A stretch of 64,000 bases of DNA from Tubulanus polymorphus (lineage: Eukaryota; Animalia; Nemertea). Each line of letters starts with the position of its first letter. Position 1 is the stretch's first letter. The notes under the pieces were generated by a model, which saw only the letters and a program-made list of their open reading frames with translations, searched no databases and was not told where the DNA came from. The DNA lies in NCBI RefSeq assembly GCF_964204645.1, contig NC_134033.1, positions 10,486,655 through 10,550,654 on the forward strand, given 5' to 3'. Positions 11,527 to 24,295 of the stretch are shown here, one piece after another. Made by a program: the position numbers and the translations under genes.

Positions 11527-12608
11527 TTCGATCGTTCAAAAAGGCAGACGTTTGAAATTGCCCATAGATGTTATGTTTAAATTATTTGATACGTGTGTTG
11601 CTCCAATAGCCATGTATGGGTGTGAGATCTGGGGATATGAAAATCTTGATTTATTAGAAAATATTCATCGCTTCTTCTGTAAAATCTTAATGAAAGTGAC
11701 GAAATATTCTCGCAACTTACAAGTTTTATCAGAGCTAGGACGTTACCCTTTGAATATAGATGAATATAGACGCAGGATGATTAACTTTTGGGTGAAAACA
11801 GTATCTGGAAAGCAAACCAAACTTAATTCAATACTCTATAAAATATCTTTCAATTTATTTTTAAGGGATAAATTTAAGAGCCCTTGGTTATCATATATAA
11901 AGAAAACGTTTGATGACTGTGGTTTGTCCTGCATTTGGACGCAGCAATTCATGACTAACAGTAAATCTTTTTCAAAACGAATAAAACAGATACTCCGTGA
12001 CCAGCACCTTCAAGAAACTGTATCTGCCATAAATACTAATCCGATATACACTAACTTTAGGCAATATAAAAATGATATTAGGTTAGAGAAGTATATAATA
12101 GAACTTGGTGATGACTTAGGAACTAGTTTATTTGAATTTAGGGTCGGGTCCTATATTTTACCTGTGAACAAATTTTCAAACCTTCATTTAGACAGAGCCG
12201 ATAGAATATGCCCCACTTGTAATACTTTAGGTGACGAATCCCATTTTCTGTTTGACTGTACCTTACTTAACGAACAACGCAAAAGCTTTTTGAATTTGAA
12301 TACCTTTAATACCCTTGATATTCTGAAAAACCCAACGGTCAACTTAGCTAAATTCATTAAGACCGGCTTAGATGTATATAGATCCCTCCAATAGTATATA
12401 TAGTATTGTAAATAGTTGATGTATATAATAGTATATATAGTATTGTAAATAGTTGATGTATATATATATTTCGTTACGTTTTCATTCTCTAAATTTTAAT
12501 CACTTTAGTGTTGTTTTGTAAATATTTGTATATACATGTGTAATAGTTTTCCTCCATATACCATGGAAATGGTTGGAGTGTAAATAAATCGTAATCGTAA
12601 TCGTAATC
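11527..12608 (+). mobile_element. 5'-truncated non-LTR retrotransposon (RTE-X-like)
   Basis: C-terminal ORF2 fragment, then an AT-rich 3' UTR with a 37-bp duplication (~12391-12465), AATAAA at ~12583 and an (AATCGT)n tail ending ~12608. Confidence 0.85.
11552..12394 (+). CDS. C-terminal fragment of LINE ORF2 (post-RT region plus CCHC-type zinc knuckle); partial, no true start codon
   Basis: Motifs LFDTCVAPIAMYGCEIWG, ELGRYPL and RICPTCNTLGDESHFLFDC are typical of the C-terminus of non-LTR ORF2 proteins. The frame is open for 280 codons and the RT catalytic motif is absent (truncated). Confidence 0.85.
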   Translation: MKLPIDVMFKLFDTCVAPIAMYGCEIWGYENLDLLENIHRFFCKILMKVTKYSRNLQVLSELGRYPLNIDEYRRRMINFWVKTVSGKQTKLNSILYKISFNLFLRDKFKSPWLSYIKKTFDDCGLSCIWTQQFMTNSKSFSKRIKQILRDQHLQETVSAINTNPIYTNFRQYKNDIRLEKYIIELGDDLGTSLFEFRVGSYILPVNKFSNLHLDRADRICPTCNTLGDESHFLFDCTLLNEQRKSFLNLNTFNTLDILKNPTVNLAKFIKTGLDVYRSLQ

Positions 12609-13285
12609 AATTGCAACTGGATGAAGTCTTGCTTCCAGATTCGAAGTATAGCAAGACATTCTTCATTTGACCAATTCGATCCTCTTGTAAGGTTTAGACA
12701 TTTTTTGCGAATTCGATTTTATTCTATCACGCTGAAACTCTAAGTGTCGTTTAAACACGGTTCAAAGCACGGCAGTAAAACGGATGATGATGCAATGGTC
12801 AATGAGTCTGTGTCCCCTCCGTAGAGACTCCGGGAGCTGCGCAGACTGAGGCCGACGGCGATTCGAGGATACTGAGTGATTACTGCGAACTGCATGTCGT
12901 CTGCCGGGGGAAACGGACGTGAGGGGATTATCCCTATACTGCCCTAATAATAGACAATCAGCGGATTAAATATACGACAAAACATTCTTGATTAACACCT
13001 TCACTTCACACCCCCCGAACAGATAATCCGTCCCGATATAATCCCTCGAGCGATAATCCATATACGTATTATATCAGTTATTTATTATTTCATATCTAAT
13101 GACGCCATTACGTAATTTGCCTGAAGTTAACGTACTGCGCCTGCGCATTGCACTCGGTAAAAAGTGTGAAATAGAAAAGGAAATATGAATTTCAATTTTA
13201 ATAAAATTTGCACTAGAAAAACGGTTTAATTTATTTCAGTCCATAGACAAAGCGAATGTCTGAAGAAAGACCAAAACATTAAGAA

Positions 13286-13730
13286 AACTAAGAGAATAGT
13301 GTCACTTCGACTCATTTCTATTAGCCAGTTTTGGGGAAAGTTTTGAAATGGTTGATAGAATTGAGTATAATTTTCACATCTCTCATCTTAGTTTACATAT
13401 AAACAATTGTAAGTGACTGTCTCTGATTCAATTGTAGGAAAAAAACTGACAATTGTGAAGAAAAACCACGAGTTTTGAAAACGGCTCATAGAATTGAATC
13501 TTATGAAGACCTCTTATATACTCTCTTAGTTTGGAAAACGGCTCGTAATAGAATTGAGTCGAAACGCCACTATATTCTTAGTTTTTTTTTAGAATGGCTC
13601 ATAGAATTCAGTCTAAACGTCACAACTCTCATAGTTTTTTTTGAAAATGGCTCATAATTGAGTATACACGCCATACTCTCTTAGTTTTGAAAATGGCTTA
13701 TAAGATTGAGTCTAAACGTTACTACTCTTA
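13286..13730. repeat. ~50-bp minisatellite element with unique core (copy 1)
   Basis: Units of GAAAATGGCTCATAGAATTGAGTCTAAACGTCACTACTCTCTTAGTTTT, with one inverted unit at ~13286-13332. The core at ~13410-13475 is homologous (inverted) to 43020-43090. Confidence 0.8.
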
Positions 13731-15784
13731 CCGAGGAAAGAAAGTATTACATTACTTTAAAAGTACAGTTATTATTAAAACTTCAACCTTAGCGAAAATT
13801 ATCTTAAAATTCAACAGATCCTTCGAGAATAACGGCGCGGCAGATACTTCCAAAGATAAACGAATCTTTTGTCAGTAAATTTCCGATCTGAAAACAACAC
13901 AAAGCAGCCGTGAGATGACATGAATATGGACCCGCGCACCACAGTCGGTGTGGTTAGAATTTCCGTGGGGTAAAAACCTAGAACCGTGGAAAATTGATCG
14001 TGCTAGGGTCACCGCCGCTTGCAGACGATTCATTCAATGTTTATCGGGTCTAATTTCCTGTCTACGCGTAGAAGTTTGAATTTTCAATGATTACCAACCA
14101 GTCCGTGACAAAATATTTACTCGCGTTCAGTTCTACTGCTGCTGCTGCGGCTAATTTAATCAATTCACGCCGAGGCCGGGCGTCAAAAATTCCGACCCCT
14201 GACCCTCGCCTGCCGCTGACGACGACTCCAGCTCGAGAGATTGACAGCGTCACGTGATATCACGTGACAAGCAGGCGTTCTCCTGATAACGGTTTTTTTG
14301 GAAAAAGAAGACGTTATTTCTATTTTCCTTTTGAATCCATGTCGAAGCTGAAGATGTTTGTATATCGTATCGTCCCTGTAGTTGATTTCGATTGATTTCC
14401 AGGGGTAGGTGTCATGACTCCACCTGCGCTGCCTGCTGCTTAAAATGGCCGCCGTCGATATTAACAAGCCGTGGGCCTAAACCGCTAATATTTATAAGCT
14501 TAAACCCGATGTAATCCCTATCAAATCGCTCTCGCAGTAACAAGCATCAATTGTATTCCCGTGCTGTCAGTCAAAAGTTAAGCCGCGTTACAGTCCTAGT
14601 CCTGCTGTAGCTTCGATCGTTTAAAATCTCCATTTTGCGGAATTTAACGCACGGTCATATGCCACGAGAAAACCTTCCTAAACGCTTCTCAGCATTATGA
14701 CATCATCAAATTAGCTACCCGGATTCGATAAAAACGTCTTGTGTAGAAAAAAATTCGATGTTGTCATGGGGGATTTATGAGGCAGCCATCTTATAAGTCT
14801 ATAGTAATTATAGGGCCTACGTCCGGGGCCTTGCATAGCTGGCTAGTAAAATACAACGACACCCCTTGTTTCTCCTAATCGGCCGGGTCATTTTGTAAAC
14901 TGCAATCAAGAATTATAATCAGTTCATTTCTATAGCTGTCAAATCTTAGCTCGACTATTTTTGATTTTTACAGGGTATAGAGGCGACCGGCCCGGTAAGA
15001 TTTTAAGTTCAGCAGAAATGAGAAACGTATCAACTTTTGAGCCAAATCGATATCCAATGAAGAAATAGCTCGTGCCTATATCTTGGCAAAAACATAACAA
15101 AAATAAGGAGGGTTGAAATGTACTCTACCAGGGACGGTGCACTGTCCGAGGCGAGGGTAAGTTGGTCTAACGATTGAGACGTGTACACTGAACCGGTGAT
15201 TTAGCATGATTTAGACGTTTCTTACGTTAACGTTTACGCTAAACGCTGATCAGCAATCAGAAGTGACGTTAACGTCTGGTGACATGTTTAATAGGTAGTT
15301 GCCTTACGCTTAATTGCCTAGCGTTAAACCCGTATAACATCCATAGAGGCTTACAGCGGCATTAATGACCTCTCGCGCCACAGGGAATCGAGCACGATTT
15401 ACTAATGAAATGACTGCTCCGGGTGGGTCGCTCCGCGTCACGGGTATTCAACGATGTAATTTAATCGAAGATATCCAGTTAATAAAATCAAGCCATAAAA
15501 CCGGCAAAATCTGGCAGCGTTGAATTGTATTGTTTGCACGCACTGTAGACTGTCACACTTAATTTTGAGAGATTTGCGCTTTATTGAGGAAATTTACAGT
15601 GACAGTTCCAGTGAAATTGGCATGGAGAGTACTCCGCGATTAAATTCCGCAAATGCGAACCAGATTAGGAGATCACTGATGTAATGATTGGAGTCCGGTC
15701 TCGACGTTTCGTCATCCGTCAATTCGACGTTTCGTCTACAAAATATCTATTTGATTATCGAAAACGTAGTGTGTCCCACTTGAA

Positions 15785-16160
15785 CTAGAGATAGGGGAGA
15801 GGGGAGGAGAGGGAGAGGGTAAGGGAGAGGCGAGGGGCATGGGCAGGGACAGAGGTAGAGGAAGAGGCTGAGGAAGATGCAGATAAAGAGGAAGAGCTAG
15901 ATGAGAGAGAGAGAGGCAGAGGCAGAGGCAGAGGCAGAGGAAGAGGCAGAGGTAGAGGCAGAGAACGATGCAGAGACAGAGGAGAAGAGAGAGGCAGAGG
16001 GAAAGGGAGAGCTAGCAGATAGGAAGGCAGATGAAGAGTCAAAGGGAGGCAGAGGAAGAGGTAGAGGTAGAGACAGAGGCAGAGGTGGAGGTGGAGGAAG
16101 AGGCAGAGGAAGAGGCAGAGGAAGAGGCAGTGGAAGAGGTAGAGGATCAGAGATACGAGG
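15785..16160. repeat. Purine-rich (GGCAGA/GAGG)n tract
   Basis: Imperfect hexamer repeat; source of the spurious ORFs at 15785-16325. Confidence 0.9.
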
Positions 16161-17489
16161 AGATGTAATCCTGATGTCATTACTGTCAAGTGCACAGAGT
16201 GGTCGATACGACAGACACAAGACAATTACCGCGGATTGAGTCTTATTGGCGCTAAGACAATATCCATCCATACCATTAACTAATACGTCAATCATTGTAA
16301 TACACTCCACACACAGCAGCAGCATCGCGCAGCGCAGACGACTTGTTCATCGACGCGTTCAGACGTCACGAATCTCACCAGCAGCTCATTATCACATATC
16401 TCAAACATCTCAAATTATCTGATATATCAAATTATCATTACAACAATCATTATCAATCTGTCGATATATCATAACAGAGTCTAGAAGCAGCGCCCTCTAT
16501 AATGGTCGAATTGTCAGAAATCTAATCTGACTATGTTCCTCACTTAGGGGTGTGATAGTAGAGCTTCTTTCTAGCAAACCTCATAAAATCAAGAGTCTGG
16601 TCAGTCCCCAGTCGGAACTGGTCACAACTTAATCACTTCTTACCCCCCCCCTCCCACCGCTGTCTCAAATTTTACCCATATATAATATCAAAGTTCACTA
16701 ATCCGCCTTTATCCCCTTTCTGTGCCCCCTCCCCTCCCTACTCCATCTCCCCTGTCTTCTTCCCCTTTCTCTGCTCTCTCCTGCTCTCTGCTTTTCCCTT
16801 GACTTTGACAATTAATTTCTCTTAAGTTTGCCGCAAACCAAAACAACCTCTTACTCCGCGAGACGAGCACTCATAATTACCGTGCCGTACTGGAAATACG
16901 ACCATCGTCGTTTCAGGGTCTGGTTTCCGCGTTATACACACCTCTCAATGACACCACTCGGCGCCAACGGTGATGCGCCGACATCCTCGGGCACTTCCGG
17001 TAAGACGTAGAACGCGCGCGATCTCGTTTGAAGTTCGTCATCATCATCTGGATGTCAGCGGTAAAACCGTTGCAGCTGCACCAGCCGCCAGTAACCGTAG
17101 CGTACGGAAACTGCCAGACTTATGCACCAGATATATAACTGAGGGCGAACCTACGATGTTTTGAAATGGGTTGACCTAAGAATTGAAATGGTCAATACAT
17201 TTGAAAAAGCGCAGATTTGGCAATGTGAGGGCTGCAAGCGCGAACATTGTGGGGTTCTTGTAGCCCTTCCATAAAAAATCTAATCAAAAATGTCTTATCA
17301 GGGCTCATTTGGACTTATTTTCGTCTTTTGATGTTTTACCACCTCAACTATGGGTCTTGCAGACATGTGCTTTTTTCATGTGACTTTGCCTTATTGGTTT
17401 ACAGCGACAATAAGACCTTACCCACTGATATATTTATTGTTGTAACTGGAAAATCTCCAGCACTTATGGACGAACTATGATGTCATGGA

Positions 17490-17640
17490 CATTCATGCCC
17501 GTAGCGTGAGATTTGGGTGGGGGTTCTTGTCCCACAAATTTGGACCATACAGCTGGAGGTGAAGCCGACAGCGCGAGCACGGCAGGCGCGACGCCCAATG
17601 AGGAGGGTACTGGGGCCCTCCCCCAGAACAATTTTTCAAG
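17490..17640. mobile_element. Possible DNA-transposon-derived fragment
   Basis: CATGCCCGTAGCG…GCGCGAGCAC…GGGGCCCTCCCCCAGAACAATTTTT resembles internal motifs of common invertebrate non-autonomous DNA elements. No paired termini found. Confidence 0.3.
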
Positions 17641-19639
17641 AAGAAGTGTTAAAACGTTATCTGAGCGAGTTTGTAGAACAAATAAATGTAACAGTAAGGT
17701 AGCTTTTAGTTTGATTTATGAACTATAACTGCTGCTTTTTACAACATTGTACAATGAATTTTTCAATTCCGTTCTTCGTGGGTGAAGCGTTGGAAATGCC
17801 ATTGGACCGACTTCTAACTTAGCTTTTGAATAAGTTTTCATTGTTCGCAGAGTTTTACCGGTGCGGAACTTATTGCAAGGCTTAGATGAAAGACCACAGT
17901 CTACATCTATCTTAGTTCTATATACCCCCTTGAGAATGAAAACCACCTTTAGCGTCAACTGTGCAACTGGCCCAGGCATGGACCCACAGTCCAGGTACGA
18001 ACTAGACATATTAACATTTTGTTAAGTGTATGTTGTGTTTTGGCTCCAGTTTGGAAGGATTATGTATGCTATCCCGTAGAATAGTTAAATATTGTAAACT
18101 CTGCTACCGGCCTGCGTGTGTATTACCCGCAAAATGTCCTTTGTAAATGGACTTGCGTGACGATGCGAGAGATGATACATCAGCGATGAATATTAGATGA
18201 ATTCGAGTTTTTCAAGTAAAACTAACCCTATTCACCGAATTCTAACAGGGACGAGCAGTGGCTTTCTATGATCATCATACTGAGTGTGTAAATTGACTCT
18301 ACACAAGGTCCACCGAACATCACTCTTCTCGAGGAGGATTCTAATCTTTTTAAATTTTAATAAAATCTGTGCAAAGTTTAATCACGGAATTAAAGCAATC
18401 CCGACAACTTAGAGTGAGAGAGGAAAGAGAGAGATCTGGTGATGGAGTCTTCACTCGATTCGGTCTATCTCATTATTGAGACAATTTTGGGCGCATTTTC
18501 ATTTTGTTAAAAGCTTTTCACATTCTCCCGACCTCTCCTGGAAACTTCTAAAAGTATTACACAAATTACCGACTCACTCTTTCTATCTCTCTTCAACGAT
18601 ATTAACTAAATCTTCTTTTCCCCCGAGAGACCCCCTGATGCCGATAAAAACACAGACAGCCAACCCCGACACGAGCATCGCCCCTCGAGTTGCGACTTCT
18701 AAAAAAACCTCCCCAGAATCGGATTAGAAAATGACAAAAATCTGTTTAATAAATCCGTACAATGGCAAAGTTCACCGCGCTCGCTGAGTATCGCGGAACG
18801 ACCTGAACTTTTGTATTCCAGTAGCCGCCGTTCCCATCGGAAGGTTCCATTCTACTCGGAATCTCTGCCGGAGTAGAAAAAAGGTCGCTATCTCCAAACT
18901 GCGTATCATCCGAAAACAAAAGATCCCGACGAAACGACGATCTCCCTCGTGGGTTAGCAATTTTATCATTCTCCGCCGATCAGACTAGGAAGGTTCTGTT
19001 TCGCTATCTGGTCCCGAGGAAGTTCTTCGAGAGCTTTTGTGTCTATTGAATTCGCTATCTCGGAAAGTCGCGACCGTCATCATCTTTATCCGATGTGTTT
19101 TAGAGACACGCGAGCAGCTGAAAAAAGATCATCGGACCATATTGGGCACGGTTGATTAGGTAGCTGCTGCCGTTGCCGCTGCTGGGGTAATGTTGGTGCT
19201 GAGGTTCCATTGAAAACCGTTTTAAACAAATACGTGAACAAATGCTTTTATAAGAAGTTAATGCACTGTAACGCGATAGCGGCCCACAGTGACCTACCGA
19301 ACGCGGATCAAGATAAATTGTACATCTCTAAATCACGTTGTGAATAGAGTGAGTGGGGTTTAGCAGTCGGTAATGTGTCTCGCCTGCTGAGATTCGTCTA
19401 TCTGCGGTGGTTTTATTCGCTATATCAATATCGAATTTTAACTCGGGGACTTCTTAACTCTTTAACCCGCGCAAAACCTTTCACTCGCCGTGGGATAGAA
19501 ACAATATCAAACCCGTTACACGTTAAAAAGAACTTTAAAAGCAACACAAATGTCCTCTTTGTTCGGGATAAACACGCTGAAAAAAAGTGCACTAGATACT
19601 CTGTATTAGTTACCTTAACCGCTTGACAAATTATTGGCA

Positions 19640-19765
19640 GGCTTGAAATTAAAAACTGCCCTTAGAAAATCCTGTCAACGATAGGGGGTCACCTGACTGC
19701 TCACCAATCACCACCCCACCTGACTGGTCAATCATCACCGCACTGACCAGGCAAGCTTACAAACA
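19640..19765 (-). repeat. GACCAGTCAGGT-family interspersed repeat
   Basis: Inverted homolog of 40165-40290 (shared AAAAACTGCCCTTAG and CCACCTGACTGGTCA). Confidence 0.7.
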
Positions 19766-20411
19766 TTCTCGGTCACTACAGGTTTTTTCGAGGCCAGTTA
19801 GGGTTAGGGTTTCTTTTTTAAGAAGACTACATCAACTTTGTATCGGAAACGCCGTGTAATCAATTTGTTTTTCCAAGTATCTTGCAAACCTAACTCTTCA
19901 CCTTTCAAGAAAATCTTAGCTTCCTTTTAGGACCCTTTGTACCGTAATCCAACATCAAATCAGCACACCTAGAAACCATATCGCATTAGCGCGTGCTCAA
20001 CTGCGGGGTGATACGGAAGGGAATTGAGCCTCTGTACCGCTGAGCCAAGCCGAGTCCCAATCCGTCAAAAACCATTTCATTCATTCAATCATTCAGTCAT
20101 TTATCATCAAACCACGAAATAGAAAAATCGCTTCTCTGCCTCGACACCCACCATTCGACTCGCTCCATCAGGAAATTACATTAATCCTAGTAATTAATGA
20201 AATGCCCTAATGCGCTACCGTAATAAAAGAAACTGCGTGCGCAATACATTAAGACTTCCGGGGGATAGAGAAGTGCGTCTTAATTTCGGCGCAGACGAAA
20301 TCGTATTTTTCTTCGGCTCGTCTTAATGAAATCGGATTTGCTTCATAAGAATAAATTCCTGACTCGTTCGAGGTGTGTTTATACTACGGCGGATGTGGTA
20401 CTCATAATCAC

Positions 20412-20480
20412 ACCTCCCACTAGAGTGAACCTACTCCCACTAGGTGAACCTACTCCCACTAGGTGAACCTACCCCCACAA
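20412..20480 (+). repeat. 19-bp tandem repeat (~3.5 copies)
   Basis: CTCCCACTAGGTGAACCTA repeated. Confidence 0.85.
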
Positions 20481-20519
20481 GAGTTGAACTAACTCATTCC
20501 TATACTCCTCATCTCCGTT

Positions 20520-21030
20520 AAGCAGGGCAGGCATATGGTGAAATCTCCCTCTCTTTTTCCGATGGCAGTAGTGCGGCAGGGATATGGTACAACTCCTCTC
20601 TTTCTCTAGTGGGATTGTGGCAGAGATATGTTGCAATCTCCTCTCCATTTTCTTTGGGAGTGTGGTAAGTATATGGTGCAATCCCCATCTTCCTCCGGTG
20701 GGAGTGTGGTAGGGATATGATACAACCCCCTCTTTCTCGGTGTGAATGCTTGCAGGGATACAACCCATCTCTCTTTCTCCGATCGGAGTGCGGCAGGGAT
20801 ATGATGCCATGCTCCTCTCTTTCTCCGGTGGTTGTGCGGCAGGGTTATGATGCAACCAACATCTCTTTTTTCCGATGGGAGTGTGGCAGGGATATGGTGC
20901 AATTCCCCACTCTTTCTGCCCCGATAGCAGCGCGTAGGGAAGGATAAGCTTTCCGGCGGGAGTGCGGCATGGATGTTATACGCTGCGGCAAGGATGTAGA
21001 AGTTCACCGGAGGGAGTGTGGCAAGGTTGA
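20520..21030 (+). repeat. ~43-bp minisatellite
   Basis: GGGAGTGTGGCAGGGATATGGTGCAATCCCCTCTTTCTCCGAT-like units (~11). The same family occurs at ~37600-37745. Confidence 0.88.
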
Positions 21031-21486
21031 GATTGCGGGTCGATATGTTTAAACTGATAATAAAACTCATCCCGAACGATGTGATAAAAACAATATTTCT
21101 CTTGCACGCGTAAAACCGGAGAAGCCGTTAATGTTGTTGTATTGAGCGTTTTATCTGCTCTGGATCGTCGCATTACTGACCAGACTCTGACACAACAATC
21201 CCATTAACTGATTCTGTTTTACGTTCATCTGATTATTAATAGACATAAACCAACGTCGGTTCACGTCGGATCCACCGCCATCGCTACGATGAATAATGAC
21301 GTCTTTGTTTGTGACGTCAATTTAACGCGTTTCTGTCTCACCTTTAAGAACTATACGCGCTGGGAATGTCTTAGTTTGGTGTTAGTGGTTTACTTTTAGA
21401 AATATTTCTCTGGTCCTATGATATGATGTAAGTCCTGAACACAGTGAAGTGTGTGTGGAAAATCAGTTTTTTTTAATTGAGCTTAT

Positions 21487-21705
21487 GAAGTGTCTAATAT
21501 CTGGTGTTTGTAGTTCATTTTCAATGAAAAAATGTCTCAGTCGAAGTTTTGAACGCATGTGAAGTGTGCACGATCAGCTTTTGAAAGTGTGCTGATAAAA
21601 TGTCTAATATCTGGTGTTTGTAGTTCATTTTCAATTAGAAATGTCTCAGGTGAAGTTCTGAAAACATGTGCAGTGTTAACGATCTGTTTTTGATAGTGTG
21701 CCGAT
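21487..21705 (+). repeat. Local ~110-bp tandem duplication
   Basis: GTCTAATATCTGGTGTTTGTAGTTCATTTTCAAT at 21492 and 21602. Confidence 0.85.
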
Positions 21706-22514
21706 AAAAAATACTCCCCCATCTCTTCCCCTCTTTCTCTCTTCTCTCCCACTCGCTTGTCTCGTTTGCCGCTATCGGATCATTATTTTAGATTTGATTA
21801 TCACCCCGGTGATTACATCCGGGACCTTCGGGAACAAAGTGCACGCCAGCACAAGTTAATAGCGCTGTATTGTTTCGTGTGTTTGACTCTGGATAATTGG
21901 ATTAACATATTCTATCTATCAGCTCTCTTCGCGTCTCGGGTCGCGGGTGAGATTCACTGCGATTTGTTTCGATTGGTCCCAGATGAACGATAAAACATTG
22001 CGAGAGTGAGAGTTCGCTGCTGCCGGCGACCGGCGAGATTTGGTCATAAAATCTGTTACATCGACAATCACAATGAAGGAGAGGTATGCTGTTTCTAGAG
22101 ACCGGAAAAACTGCGCATAGACTATAAATGTCTCAAACTTTTCAACAAAATTTCATGTAAACTCGGTGTTAAATTTGTTTATTTACTCACGCGGGGCTAT
22201 AGCAGCAGCGAGAAAATTAGAACGGTCACAATAGAGGCGACGGTTGGTTGTGTCGCGAGGGAGACACTATGAATCCAGGGAGACGGCAGATTCAACAATC
22301 TAATCCGTTCCCATCACTGATAATGACGTTACTCGTAGGTGAAAATTCGATTGCAGTTTTGTCGTTTCCCGCTGACAATAGTTTCATTGAGAACATTTCA
22401 CCAATTTCTAAAACCAGCTGTCGCGATTCCGGTCCAATTACGACTCGCAGGAGCGCGCACACTATCATTGGGGGCGATTTCATTTCTTCTTTCCCGCTTT
22501 TACAATGTCGCCAA

Positions 22515-22740
22515 ACCTAAATTTCCAATTACGTACTTCGATTTAAACACAAAATTCTGTAAATTCGGCTGCTGATCGTACAACTGTATCTGTATATACC
22601 AATTTCCGATTGCGAAATAAAAAAAAGTTTCGATCCCAGCAGGTGTGGTGGGCTAAATAAGGGCACCAAATCGAAACAATAAATCAGGCAAAATCATCCA
22701 AACAAATAATTAACAGGGACAATCCCTATTTTAAGATAAA
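22515..22740 (-). repeat. ~220-bp interspersed repeat family B (copy 1)
   Basis: Inverted homolog of 43522-43745 and 59752-59960 (ATCTTA(G/A)AATAGGGATTGTCCC…TTTAAATCGAAGTAC). Confidence 0.8.
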
Positions 22741-22759
22741 GAAAATCTCATGGCGAAAA

Positions 22760-23030
22760 TAGTACATTGCATTTGAAACAGCTGCAACGCAATTTCTAAT
22801 AATTTATTGTGAGATTTGAATTAGTACATTTTCTAATCCTTTAGTCTAAAATTTGAATTAGTTAATTAATTTTCCGTACACAGCTGCAACGAAATCTATC
22901 ATTAAGATTAAAAATTTAGATTAGTACATTTTTCATACAGCTGCAACGCAATTTCTAATCATTAAATTATTGAAATATACAATGTAAATTTTTGATACAG
23001 CTACAACATGATTTCTAACCATTAAGATTT
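22760..23030 (+). repeat. Diverged ~50-58-bp tandem repeat
   Basis: ACAGCTGCAACGCAATTTCTAA…TTAGTACATTTT recurs 4-5 times. Confidence 0.75.
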
Positions 23031-23929
23031 TAATGATAAATTTAATGCTCGTTTGATGCGTGTTGTAACAAAGTGCGTGAAACACGTGACGGCATGATCA
23101 TAAAAACCTCATTTTCATCGCACGCACGAATGATTGCGGTTCGAATTCCGAAACAGATGCTTCTGCCGCTGAACCGTCGATTCGAACGCAAATTGAAGTT
23201 GTAAAAGTTTTAGCGCCGTTTTACGGGTTCCGTATTCGTTAAAATATTCCAATTATGTACAATTCACTAGGATCCAGTTCCACGGAATTCGATCGCTCAA
23301 GTTTGATTTTTAAGTTCATTTTACCAAAAAGAATTTATGTTTGATTTATGACGGTCACAATGAGTGGTTCGAGTCCCATATTTACAACGACGATATTTAC
23401 AACGAAATACTCGAATAAATTTTTCTCTGAATTTGGTACGCACCAATTTTTCTTCAAAATCATCGGTTTTCTTTTGTTGATAAAATCCTGTTCTATTACC
23501 TGGTTACGTGTGCATAGCTATCTAAATATATCTTTGTTAATATACGTTTATATGGAGAGAGTAGAGAGAGAGAGGGGAGAGAGCTCGGAGAGAGAGAGAG
23601 AGAGCGGTTCTGGGCAATCCGCTCTGGTGAAGTACACTTATGAACGATGTTGAAAACACTGAGTGAAGTATACTCGTTCTGTTGTCAAGGCTCTTCACAA
23701 AACATTGAACGCCAGGCTCAGACTAATCAACCATTGCACCTCCCTCGACGTTTACCGTAACTCGTCTAATAATTCATACGTATATCAGCGGTAAAATAGT
23801 CTAAAATAGACGACGAATGATTAGGTATAATGATAAAAACGCTATGTTCATTCGGAGATGATTTCTGGATGTCAATAATCAGAATGTTTACAGCAGTGGG
23901 AGATCTTTTTGAATCGATGTGGTAAAAAA

Positions 23930-24295
23930 GGAGTAGCTGCTGCACCAGAATCATCAGCATCGGTAGCTGCACGAGGGTCATCAGAATCAGTAGCTGCACC
24001 AGTCATCATCATCGGCACCAGACTCACCAGGATCGTTAGCTGCAACGGAATCACCAGCACCAGTATAGCTAGAGTCAACAGGATCAGTAGCCGCACCAGA
24101 GTCATCATTAGGGGATTTCCACGGCATACCATTAGGGGATTTCCTCCTATCTTATAAGGGGATTTCCATTGCACCTCATTAGGGGATTTCCACGGCATCT
24201 CATTGGGGGATTTCCATGGCATACCATTAGGGGATTTCCACGGCATCTCATTAGGGGATTTTCAACGTATGTCATTAGGGGATTTCCATGGCATC
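23930..24295 (+). repeat. Adjacent ~21-bp and 24-bp minisatellites
   Basis: GTAGCTGCACCAGAATCATCA-like units (23930-24105), then CATTAGGGGATTTCCACGGCATCT x ~8 (24106-24295). Confidence 0.88.

Noticed and set aside
15785-16325. RG-rich or LP-rich ORFs (likewise 35213-35584, 47178-47550, 60284-60941)
   Set aside because: Artefacts of GA/CT low-complexity tracts.
17716-18009. 97-aa ORF as a real gene
   Set aside because: No recognisable motif or splice context; this length is expected by chance.
19797-19812. Telomeric TTAGGG repeats (also ~2348-2414, ~3360)
   Set aside because: Only 1-2 imperfect units embedded in interspersed repeats; not a telomeric array.
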